A stretch of DNA of 57,360 nucleotides from Ignavibacteriota bacterium (lineage in GTDB: Bacteria; Bacteroidota; Ignavibacteria; UBA10030; CAVZMI01), in NCBI GenBank assembly GCA_963776275.1, contig CAVZMI010000011.1:1-57360 (forward strand), read 5' to 3'. Made by a program: the position numbers and the translations under genes. Under the pieces are notes generated by a model. That model was given only the letters and a program-made list of their open reading frames with translations, was not told the origin of the DNA and searched no databases. The first letter of the stretch is position 1; every line of letters begins with the position of its first letter. This document shows, piece by piece, positions 41,637 to 50,644 of this stretch.

Positions 41637-42533
41637 ATGAAACTCCGATTCTGGGGAACCCGCGGTTCTATTCCGACACCGGGAAATGCAACCGTCAAGT
41701 ATGGTGGAAACACCCCATGTGTCGAACTACGCCTCGATAATGGCCATCTGATCATTCTCGATGCGGGGACGGGCATCCGAATGCTCGGAGATCGCTTGAT
41801 AGAGACAGGTGAATCCCTTCAGGCACACCTGTTGATTAGCCACTCCCACTGGGATCATATTCAAGGATTGCCTTTTTTCAAGCCTGCTTTTATCTCAGGG
41901 AATGAGATCACGGTTGTCGGTAGTGAACCGGAAGGAATCACTCTCCATCGTATCATCTCTGATCAGATGAATAAGATCTACTTTCCGATCCAAATCAACG
42001 AATTGAAGGCTCGGATCAATTTTCACCCTGTGGGGGAAGAGACCTTCAAGATCCACGGGGCGACCGTTCAGACTCTTTTTGTGAACCACCCTGCACTGGC
42101 ATTGGGATATCGCATAAATTACCAGGGGAAATCATTTGTATATATCAGCGATAACGAGCCCTTCGATCGCGAGGTGGCCCATCAAATGACGAATGTCGAT
42201 GCAGCGGTTCTTCAATTGTACCAGGCCGGGAATGGCGATCCCAACAAACGCGTTTTTGAATTTGTAAAAAATGCCGACGTTCTTATTCATGACGCAACAT
42301 ACACGCCCGAGGAATATATCGACAAGGTAGGGTGGGGGCACTCGCACTATCTCTTTGCCCTTAAAGTCGCACATGAGGGAGAAGTCAAGAAATTAATTCT
42401 CTTTCATCACGAGCAGACTCATACTGACGAGCGTGTTGCAGATATAGAACGTAAGTGTCAGCGAGAAATTTCCAGGCGTCAATATTCGTTTCAATGTGTC
42501 GCGGCAGCCGAGGGAATGGAAATGGAATGGTAA
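41637..42533 (+). CDS. MBL-fold metallo-hydrolase (RNase Z / phosphodiesterase-like)
   Basis: FWGTRGSIPTP, YGGNTPC, LDAGTG, SHSHWDHIQG, SDNE, HDA.Y, GWGHS, LFHH; GAGGAG RBS. Confidence 0.9.
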   Translation: MKLRFWGTRGSIPTPGNATVKYGGNTPCVELRLDNGHLIILDAGTGIRMLGDRLIETGESLQAHLLISHSHWDHIQGLPFFKPAFISGNEITVVGSEPEGITLHRIISDQMNKIYFPIQINELKARINFHPVGEETFKIHGATVQTLFVNHPALALGYRINYQGKSFVYISDNEPFDREVAHQMTNVDAAVLQLYQAGNGDPNKRVFEFVKNADVLIHDATYTPEEYIDKVGWGHSHYLFALKVAHEGEVKKLILFHHEQTHTDERVADIERKCQREISRRQYSFQCVAAAEGMEMEW

Positions 42534-42552
42534 GAAACCGCTTGAAGAGAAC

Positions 42553-42581
42553 TTGACATTCGCATCCTCGGTCACTATATT
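42553..42581 (+). promoter_or_regulatory. Sigma70 promoter of the cold-shock gene
   Basis: TTGACA-N17-TATATT. Confidence 0.75.
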
Positions 42582-42774
42582 AGCACCATATAAGCTGTAG
42601 AAACCAACGTACATAAGGTATTGTCTGTAAATACCAGTGCAGTACAAGCCATGAACCTATGATATGTATTCCCGGATAGAAGCGCAATGTTGATGACCAG
42701 AACGCAATAATTCAGTGGAGGTCTATCGCGGGTTCTGGTCATTACCTGCCAAATTATTTAGGAGGTATCATTGT

Positions 42775-42984
42775 ATGGCAAAAGGTAAGGTCAAGTGGTT
42801 CGACGGTAAAAAGGGGTATGGTTTCATCGAGCAAGAAAGCGGTGGGGATGTCTTTGTTCATTATACCGCCATTAAAACGGACAAAGAGTACAAGACACTT
42901 GAAGAAGGAGCCCAAGTAGAGTTTGATATCGTCGAAGGGAAGAAGGGATTACAGGCTATAAATGTCTCACTGGTACAACAATAG
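42775..42984 (+). CDS. Cold-shock domain protein (CspA family)
   Basis: GKVKWF..KKGYGFI, DVFVHY RNP motifs; AGGAGG RBS. Confidence 0.96.
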   Translation: MAKGKVKWFDGKKGYGFIEQESGGDVFVHYTAIKTDKEYKTLEEGAQVEFDIVEGKKGLQAINVSLVQQ

Positions 42985-43004
42985 GATGTGATGATTGAAA
43001 TGAC

Positions 43005-43054
43005 AACCCCGATTAGCGTATCTGGTAGTGGAGACAGGCGTTAATCGGGGTTTT
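43005..43054 (+). terminator. Hairpin/terminator after csp
   Basis: AACCCCGATTAGCG...CGTTAATCGGGGTTTT. Confidence 0.7.
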
Positions 43055-43073
43055 AACTATTTGGAGCAGATTC

Positions 43074-43550
43074 ATGGCATTTGAATTCAAACCTCAGGAC
43101 ATCAGGAAAATCGGAAAAGTACTCGGTATAGAAGCAAAGACAAAGGGGAATAATTATCGGTTTGAAATCGAACATGCGGAATCGAAACGAAAGATCGCTA
43201 TAGAAATCTATCCTGATATTCCGATCGGCGAACGCCGCGGCAATCTGATCTCGGTTTATACGTCTAATGCGCATCTCCAGCTCCATTTCTGTTCCGGATA
43301 TGTCGTCAGTGAGATGCTCGGTGAAGTCACATTCATCGGTGAGAGCGAGGGAAAACTTTCTGGACTCATCATTGAGCGCATAGGCGGATGTTCACTCTAC
43401 GCTAATGTAGACCGCAGCATCCTGTCGGGTGATTTCACACAACTTGGACCTGAGGTAATGCTGTCCGGAATAGCATTGTCGTTGACAGAAACAATCTTGC
43501 CGAATATCCCCCGTCGCCGTTCACGTACAACCCGGTTAAAAAAGAAATAA
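43074..43550 (+). CDS. Hypothetical protein
   Basis: 158-aa ORF with GGAG RBS, ending 1 nt before ybeY. Confidence 0.75.
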   Translation: MAFEFKPQDIRKIGKVLGIEAKTKGNNYRFEIEHAESKRKIAIEIYPDIPIGERRGNLISVYTSNAHLQLHFCSGYVVSEMLGEVTFIGESEGKLSGLIIERIGGCSLYANVDRSILSGDFTQLGPEVMLSGIALSLTETILPNIPRRRSRTTRLKKK

Positions 43551-43551
43551 A

Positions 43552-43989
43552 ATGCCGGTCATCATCACGAATGCACATCCTCGTCTACGATTTCCTGTCA
43601 AGGAGAGTGAACGCATTGTACGTTCTGTTCTTCGTAATGAGGGAACCAGAGCGTCATCTCTCGACGTTATCTTTGTGGATCATCGAAGAACAATTATCCT
43701 CAACAAGAAATATCTTCGACATAATCGAACGACAGATGTGATTGCTTTTTGCTATGAACGTGAACCGACAATTGACGGTGAAATCTTCATCAATCTCGAC
43801 CAGGCGAAAGCGCAGAGTTCATTCTACGGTGCAAGGTTTCGTGAGGAAGTTGCTCGATTACTGATACATGGTGTACTGCACCTTGTCGGATATGATGACA
43901 TGTCGATGAAGGAACGGAATGCCATGAAGCAACGCGAAGATTTTTATCTGCACACTCTTTCAGTGTGCAGGAGAAAACGCATAATTTGA
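43552..43989 (+). CDS. ybeY: rRNA maturation endoribonuclease YbeY
   Basis: LN..YL.H..TTDVI.F, GEIFI, HGVLHLVGYDD. Confidence 0.93.
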   Translation: MPVIITNAHPRLRFPVKESERIVRSVLRNEGTRASSLDVIFVDHRRTIILNKKYLRHNRTTDVIAFCYEREPTIDGEIFINLDQAKAQSSFYGARFREEVARLLIHGVLHLVGYDDMSMKERNAMKQREDFYLHTLSVCRRKRII

Positions 43990-44064
43990 TTTTGGGGAAT
44001 TATTTGTTAAATTGCGCTCACGCATGAAAGTCAGGGAATGCGATAGGAGGCAAAATATACAACA

Positions 44065-44577
44065 ATGCATGAAAGAATACTAGAACTTATTATCTATCTT
44101 ATCAATGAAATTCGGGATGAAAAACATACTGACTATACAGCGGCACACGATGGCACCCGGCCCATCGCCGGGGTAAGACAGTACCAAAAAAGTAGCATCG
44201 ATATAAATTTTCTCACGAAGAGCGGTTACACGCCTGCAGAAATCAGCACAGCATTCAGCTGGCTATTTGATCATATCACCCTGGGGGATGATCTTATTGT
44301 CGGAGTGAATTCTTCACATTCCCACCGTATCTTTCACGAAGTTGAACGACTAGCCATCGGTAGCGAAGCTCAGGGATATCTCATCCAGCTTCGGGAGCTC
44401 GGACTCATAACGAATGATGATGTCGAAGTGGTGATTGGGCGTGTTATGATGTCAGGTTTGTCGCAGGCAGGAATCGCCGAAATTAAATCGCTTGTAGCGG
44501 CGATTCTTTTCGAGAACGACGAGTCGACCCGGTTGGCTAATCGCGTTGTGTTGAATAGTACCGATACGATACACTAA
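44065..44577 (+). CDS. DUF494 / Smg family protein
   Basis: GY...EI..AF.WL, RIFH..E, GYL.QL..LGL; sits before topA as smg usually does. Confidence 0.8.
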   Translation: MHERILELIIYLINEIRDEKHTDYTAAHDGTRPIAGVRQYQKSSIDINFLTKSGYTPAEISTAFSWLFDHITLGDDLIVGVNSSHSHRIFHEVERLAIGSEAQGYLIQLRELGLITNDDVEVVIGRVMMSGLSQAGIAEIKSLVAAILFENDESTRLANRVVLNSTDTIH

Positions 44578-44588
44578 GGTGTTAACGA

Positions 44589-46849
44589 ATGGAAAAGTCA
44601 TTAATTATTGTTGAATCTCCCTCGAAAGCAAAAACAATAAATAAATATCTTGGAAAAAACTTTATTGTCGAAGCATCTGTTGGTCATATAAAAAATTTAC
44701 CAAAGAGTAAACTCGGCGTTGATGTCGATAACGGATACGAGCTGGTCTATGAGACTATTAAAGGGAAAGACGACGTTATAAAGATGCTGCAGGCGCATGC
44801 GAAAAAGGCAAAGAGTGTTTTTATCGCTACAGATCCAGATCGGGAGGGAGAGGCGATTGCATGGCATATCGCTAAAGAAGTTGAACCGTACAATAAGAAA
44901 ATCCATCGGGTTTTATTCCATGAAATAACGGAAACGGGCATATCCGATGCGATGAAGCATCCTCATAAAATCGACACTCACCTGGTTGATTCACAACAGG
45001 CCCGCCGTGCGATGGATCGACTTGTAGGGTACAAAGTAAGCCCATTTATATGGAAAACCGTATATTATGGACTTTCAGCCGGCAGGGTTCAATCGGTGGC
45101 TCTCCGTCTCATCTGCGAGCGGGAAGTCGAGATTAATTCATTTATCACGCAGGAATATTGGTCCATTATCGGAGAATTCTCAACCGACACGGCTCCGCCC
45201 TTCCTGGCAAAACTTGCAAAGATTGCGGGGGAAGATCCGTCGATTCCCAATGAAACAACGGTTAACGGCTATCTCACCGAGATTCGAAAGCAACAGTTTG
45301 CGATAGAATCGATTCAAAAAAAGATAGTCAAACGAAACCCGCCGCCCCCGTTTATCACGAGTACACTTCAACAGGAAGCAGCCAACAGATTGCGTTTCAG
45401 TGCAAAACGGACGATGATGCTTGCCCAAAAGCTGTACGAGGGGGTTGATATCGGCACCGAAGCTGGCCTGTCGGTCTTATTACATATATAAGAACAGATT
45501 CAACACGATTGAGTAAGGAGGCGGTACTATCTGTCCGTGAATATATTTATAGTAATTATGGAGGAGAATATCTGCCGAAACAGGCCCGGGAGTATAAAAA
45601 AGGGAAAAGTTCGCAGGATGCTCATGAGGCCATAAGACCTACATCGATAAAACATACACCAAAATCGGTAAAAAAATATCTTGATAAAGAAATGTTTGCA
45701 CTCTACGAGCTTATCTGGAATCGCTTTGTTGCGTCGGAAATGACCCCCGCAACATTCGAGCAGGCCAGTATCGATATCCGTGGTGGTGATTACCTTTTTC
45801 GAGCGTCCGGTACGGTCCCTAAGTTCAGGGGATTTCTTCAGGTCTATGATGACATACTCGAGGAAAACGGTAAATTACTTGATGATGCCGATCCGACATC
45901 GGGTATTCCTGAAAATATACATGAGGGACAGCATAGCAGGCTGTTGAATCTTCTTCCCCGTCAGCATTTTACAAAACCGCCGGCACGATATATGGAAAGC
46001 TCGCTGGTCAAAGACCTGGAAGCCCTGGGGATAGGCCGGCCGAGCACCTATGCTATGATCGTCAGCACAATATTGGATCGGAAATATGTCGAGCAGCGCG
46101 ATAGAAAACTCTACGCGACTGATCTCGGCATAGAAGTTAACGGGTTACTGGTGTCGAATTTTCCTGAAATCATTAATGTAAAATTCACGGCGAGGATGGA
46201 AGAAGAACTCGATGCGATTGCAAGCGGGAAGCGGACGTATAGGAAGGTTCTTGACGATTTTTATCACCCCTTTATTCATTCGTTGGAAAAAGTCGAAAAG
46301 CACACTTATAAGATTAAAAAGTCGCTTCAGGAGGTGACAGAAGAAGTATGCGAGTTGTGCGGAAAACCGATGATCATCAAGTGGGGGCGGAATGGCCGGT
46401 TTATGGCATGCAGCGGATACCCGGTATGCCGTAATACAAAACCGCTTGCTGCCGAGCAGGAGAAACATCAGCATCTTGCGGGCATCAAATGCGAACTCTG
46501 CGGTGGCGATATGATTGTCAAGGGTGAACCGTTCGGCTCGTTTCTTGGTTGTTCAAATTATCCAGGCTGCAAAAATACAAAACCGATCTCGATGGGAATT
46601 AAATGTCCTAAGTGCAAGGACGGAGATATCATCGAGCGAAAAACGAAAAGGAAGCGCACATTCTTCGGTTGCTCGCGTTATCCTGAATGTGATTATGCCT
46701 CGTGGTATCGACCGGTGAATCAACAATGTCGGGAATGCAAATTCCCGTTTTTAGTACAAAAATATTCTCAGAAAAAAGGGGCATATCTTTTATGCCCGGA
46801 ATGTAAGGAAGAGTATATCCCGGAAGAGAACACGGAATCGGGAGCATAA
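44589..46849 (+). CDS. topA: DNA topoisomerase I with C-terminal zinc ribbons; one missing base at ~45468
   Basis: IVESPSKAKTI, ATDPDREGEAI, SAGRVQS, AQKLYE, LITY.RTDS restored across the shift, DAHEAIRPT, GIGRPSTYA. Confidence 0.95.
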
Positions 46850-46852
46850 AGG

Positions 46853-47764
46853 ATGTCGATAAGTTCCCATATTGAGACGTACCTTTCGTCCATTTCAGGA
46901 GAACGTAAATATTCTCCTCACACGATCTCTGCATATCGTACCGATTTGTACCAGCTTCGTACATTTGTCGTGAAAGAACTTCGTTCTGCAGAACTTGATA
47001 TACGACTCATCGATAAAAAAATACTGAGGCGGTTTTTTGGCGAATTACTGGAGGAAGGAGCGGCTCGGAAAAGTGTGCGTCGGAAGCTTGCTGCAGTGCG
47101 CTCGTTCTTTCGATTCCTGGTTCGGCGTGGAATTCTAGCTAGTAATCCTGCCGCGCTGTTGATTGCACCCAAGATCGAAAAGCGGCTTCCCACGTTTATC
47201 GATGAGAAAGCGATGCAGAAGCTTTTTTCAATTCAGGATACGACAACGGTAGAAGGACTTCGCGATGCCGCAATTCTCGAAATGTTTTACGGAACCGGGA
47301 TTCGATTGAGCGAGTTGATAGGTCTACGATTCCGTGATATAGATAACCATAATCATACGATCAAGGTACTCGGGAAAGGGTCAAAACAACGGATTGTACC
47401 CGTAGGAGGCCCTGCATTGATGGCTATTTCCCGATACGTGGATCGGCGAATGGAACTAATGAAATCCGACACTCCTGCCGAAGATAAAGATGTACTCTTC
47501 CTAACGAAACACGGGCGTCGGATGTACCCAAAAGGGGTGAATAATATTGTCAGCCGGTTCCTCGCACAGGTTTCTGAGGTTGAACAGAAAAGTCCTCATG
47601 TCCTCCGTCACACATTTGCAACCCATATGCTCGATCGCGGTGCTGATCTTCGTGCAGTGAAGGAGCTTCTCGGACATGAAAGCCTTTCAACAACCCAGGT
47701 ATACACCCATGTGACAATTGAGCGCCTTAAAAAGGCATATACCCAGGCTCATCCGAGAGCCTAA
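46853..47764 (+). CDS. xerC: Tyrosine recombinase XerC
   Basis: SPHT..AY.TDL, RKLAA.RSFF, RD.AILE..Y.TG.R.SEL, GKGSK.R, SPH.LRHTFATH.L..GADLR.V.ELLGH.SL.TTQ.YT; follows topA. Confidence 0.88.
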   Translation: MSISSHIETYLSSISGERKYSPHTISAYRTDLYQLRTFVVKELRSAELDIRLIDKKILRRFFGELLEEGAARKSVRRKLAAVRSFFRFLVRRGILASNPAALLIAPKIEKRLPTFIDEKAMQKLFSIQDTTTVEGLRDAAILEMFYGTGIRLSELIGLRFRDIDNHNHTIKVLGKGSKQRIVPVGGPALMAISRYVDRRMELMKSDTPAEDKDVLFLTKHGRRMYPKGVNNIVSRFLAQVSEVEQKSPHVLRHTFATHMLDRGADLRAVKELLGHESLSTTQVYTHVTIERLKKAYTQAHPRA

Positions 47765-47795
47765 TCAGAATTTTTGTTATGAAAGGAGACGCGTC

Positions 47796-48128
47796 ATGCG
47801 TACGAAATTCACAGCCCGTCACTTTCGCGCTCATACATCGTTGAAAGAATATGCATTGGATGCTCTGACGAGACTGGAAAAATTCTATGATGGAATTTTC
47901 AGTGCCGAAATAATTCTGAGTTATGAAAAATCTCGTGATAGTGTCAAGGTCGCCGAAGTCAATATCTCTGTGCATAATAAAACGCTGAATGCAGTGGAAC
48001 ACTCGAATGATTTTGTTAAATCGATCGATCAAGCTATTGATAAACTTGAACGACAGCTGGTGAAATACAAGACGAAACTTCACAGTCGAAAATCTCCAAT
48101 TCAAGAACGTTTCTCGGAATTGCAATGA
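47796..48128 (+). CDS. hpf: Ribosome hibernation promoting factor (HPF/RaiA)
   Basis: TARH, SID.AIDKLERQL.KYK; AAGGAG RBS. Confidence 0.9.
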   Translation: MRTKFTARHFRAHTSLKEYALDALTRLEKFYDGIFSAEIILSYEKSRDSVKVAEVNISVHNKTLNAVEHSNDFVKSIDQAIDKLERQLVKYKTKLHSRKSPIQERFSELQ

Positions 48129-49141
48129 GAGTACTCGAAACGAAAGAAATTCGAAAACGAAGTATCACCGTTGGTTTCATGTTCGAACGAATGGAACAAA
48201 GAATGAAACTGCGGCTGCTCAACGGGAGTATTGGACTGGGAAAAGAAATCACGGAACGTAATATTCATCGTCCCGGACTAGCTCTTGCGGGCTATGTCGA
48301 GCTTTTCACGTTTAACAGGATCCAGGTTTTTGGAAATACCGAGATGAGATACCTGGAACACCTGCCGCTCGAAGAGAGGATCAGTTCGTTCCGGACCCTG
48401 TTCCAGTTCGATATTCCCTGTATCATCGTCACGGATAGCAATCGTCTGGACAAAGAATTGCTGGAAATTGCTACAGCTCATAGCGTCTCGATTCTGGGAA
48501 CGACAATCGATACCACAAAGTTAGTTTACCTTATGAGCGATTTTCTTGACGATCAATTTGCATCGCAGACAGTTATCCATGGATCGTTTATCGATGTCTA
48601 CGGTATCGGTGTCCTCATCATCGGTCGCTCGGGAATAGGAAAAAGTGAAATAGCACTCGACCTGGTTGAACGCGGACACAGACTTGTGGCCGATGATGTG
48701 GTGATGATCACACGAAAAGGAGAGGAAATTCTCATAGGAGCAGGAACGGACCTCGTAAAACATTTTATGGAGATTCGCGGACTCGGACTGATCGACATAC
48801 GGAGTATGTTCGGTGTACGTGCCATTCGTTATCAAAAGCGAGTAGAGGTTGTCGTTGAATTGCAGGATTGGACACCGGATGAAGATTATACACGGACAGG
48901 CCTGGATGACGATACGATTTCCGTTCTGGGATCCGAAGTCCCCCTTGTCAAACTGCCAATATTCCCCGGGAAAAACATTACTGTCATTGTCGAGGTCATA
49001 GCCCTGAACCATCTTCTAAAACACTATGGTTATGATGCCGCAAGGGAATTCACCCAGAGGCTTGAGAAATTGATCGATGAAAAGGGGAAAAATCACCCCG
49101 GAGAACGTGCCATTGATTACTTTGGGCATGATTTTGAGTGA
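48125..49141 (+). CDS. hprK: HPr(Ser) kinase/phosphorylase
   Basis: RPGLALAG, RIQV.G.TE, G.SGIGKSE.AL.L..RGHRLVADD, MEIRGLG. Confidence 0.96.
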   Translation: MRVLETKEIRKRSITVGFMFERMEQRMKLRLLNGSIGLGKEITERNIHRPGLALAGYVELFTFNRIQVFGNTEMRYLEHLPLEERISSFRTLFQFDIPCIIVTDSNRLDKELLEIATAHSVSILGTTIDTTKLVYLMSDFLDDQFASQTVIHGSFIDVYGIGVLIIGRSGIGKSEIALDLVERGHRLVADDVVMITRKGEEILIGAGTDLVKHFMEIRGLGLIDIRSMFGVRAIRYQKRVEVVVELQDWTPDEDYTRTGLDDDTISVLGSEVPLVKLPIFPGKNITVIVEVIALNHLLKHYGYDAAREFTQRLEKLIDEKGKNHPGERAIDYFGHDFE

Positions 49142-49200
49142 CGGCAACCACAATAGTTGAAAAATCAGCCGTTTTTTGCTCTTCTTTTTATAAATAAGTC

Positions 49201-49229
49201 TTGACAAACACTTGGATTTTTTATAATTT
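49201..49229 (+). promoter_or_regulatory. Sigma70-type promoter upstream of the M23 gene
   Basis: TTGACA, then TATAAT at 15 nt or TAATTT at 17 nt. Confidence 0.55.
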
Positions 49230-49317
49230 CACACACAACTCGCTAAATGTCTTGAGTTGAAATAATCCACCACTCACACACTTTAAACCGTAATCTCGAA
49301 ATACGAGAGGTGTATCT

Positions 49318-50277
49318 ATGCGGAAAAAGAACAAGGTATTTTTCTTCTCGGAGGAAACATTACGCTTAAAGGAAGTGAAGGGAGCGCGGTTGAAATTAGC
49401 TGCATTAGCTCTCTGTGCGGCTATTGTGCTGGTTGGATTCCTTGTCTGTTTTCAAAATTTTTCGGAAGGAGTGCTCGGGATCGGTCTCAATAAGACTACA
49501 TTTTTAAAAAATGAAAATGTTGTGTTGAAAGTACAACTCACGTCACTGAACAATCGATTACAAACACTTGAATCGGCACTGTTAAGACTGACGCAGAGAG
49601 ATAACGAGCTCCGGGTTCTTGCCGATCTACCAAAGATGAATGACGATATCCTGAAAGCGGGCACAGGCGGAGTGAAAGAGAATTATGACTTCGGTCTTTC
49701 CACACAGGCGAACGAACTACTCGAACGCACAAATACTGTCATCAACCAGCTCGAACGGCAGGTACAGATGCAACAAACGAGCTATTCTGATATCGTTCAT
49801 AGAATGGAATACAACAAAGAATTTTTCAAGCATCTCCCCGCAATTAAACCTGCCGATGGCTACTACTCGAACAATGGATTTGGAATGCGACTTCACCCCG
49901 TATTCAAAGATTACCGATTCCATGAAGGACTCGATATCACAAGTGAAGAAGGAACATCAATTTATGCCGCAGCAGACGGCATCGTTGCATTTACCGGGAA
50001 CCGCGGAACATATGGGAAATTAATCGAAATCGATCATGGATATAATTACAAGACAGTATATGCCCATCTCTCATTTATCGGCGTGAGAGAAGAACAGACT
50101 GTGAAGCGAGGTATGTTTATCGGCCGGATGGGTCGTACAGGAGTAGCGACAGGGACCCATCTGCATTATGAAGTTGTGAAAAATGGCGTTCGCGTAAATC
50201 CGGTGGATTATTTCTTTGACGAGGCAGACTATACCAGGCCCAATGGTGGCGTTACGCCAACGTCACAAAACAATTAA
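49318..50277 (+). CDS. M23 family metallopeptidase with TM and coiled coil
   Basis: FG.R.HP, HEGLD (HxxxD), YAHL, TG.HLHYEV (HxH). Confidence 0.92.
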   Translation: MRKKNKVFFFSEETLRLKEVKGARLKLAALALCAAIVLVGFLVCFQNFSEGVLGIGLNKTTFLKNENVVLKVQLTSLNNRLQTLESALLRLTQRDNELRVLADLPKMNDDILKAGTGGVKENYDFGLSTQANELLERTNTVINQLERQVQMQQTSYSDIVHRMEYNKEFFKHLPAIKPADGYYSNNGFGMRLHPVFKDYRFHEGLDITSEEGTSIYAAADGIVAFTGNRGTYGKLIEIDHGYNYKTVYAHLSFIGVREEQTVKRGMFIGRMGRTGVATGTHLHYEVVKNGVRVNPVDYFFDEADYTRPNGGVTPTSQNN

Positions 50278-50332
50278 GGCGTAACCTCGACGTGCAGTAA
50301 CCGGTTATAGATTTAGAGAGGAGATTTGTTCG

Positions 50333-50554
50333 ATGATTTGGACGATGGAACTCGCATCATGCTTGGATGATGCTCCATGGCCTGCGACAAAAGAAGAATT
50401 AATCGATTATGCACTTCGTACGGGAGCGCCGCTGGAAGTAATTGAAAACCTCCAGGAGTTGGAGGACACCGACGAACCATATGAAAGTATGGAAGAAATC
50501 TGGCCCGATTATCCGACCAATGAAGATTTCTTTTTTGATGAAAACGAGTATTAA
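50333..50554 (+). CDS. DUF2795 domain protein
   Basis: WT.ELAS.L.DAPWPATK.ELIDYA.R.GAP.EV.ENL; GAGGAG RBS. Confidence 0.88.
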   Translation: MIWTMELASCLDDAPWPATKEELIDYALRTGAPLEVIENLQELEDTDEPYESMEEIWPDYPTNEDFFFDENEY

Positions 50555-50600
50555 TCAATTTCATTCTGTTCATGCTTGAATTCCAGTAACCTTTACAGAT

Positions 50601-50632
50601 AGACCCGGCGTATTCAGGCGCTGGGTTTTTTT
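50601..50632 (+). terminator. Intrinsic terminator
   Basis: ACCCGGCG...CGCTGGGT-TTTTTT. Confidence 0.75.
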
Positions 50633-50644
50633 ATTCTTGCATAC

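Noticed and set aside
46853-47764. Tyrosine recombinase as a phage or island integrase
   Set aside because: XerC-length protein in the usual smg-topA-xerC context with no mobile genes
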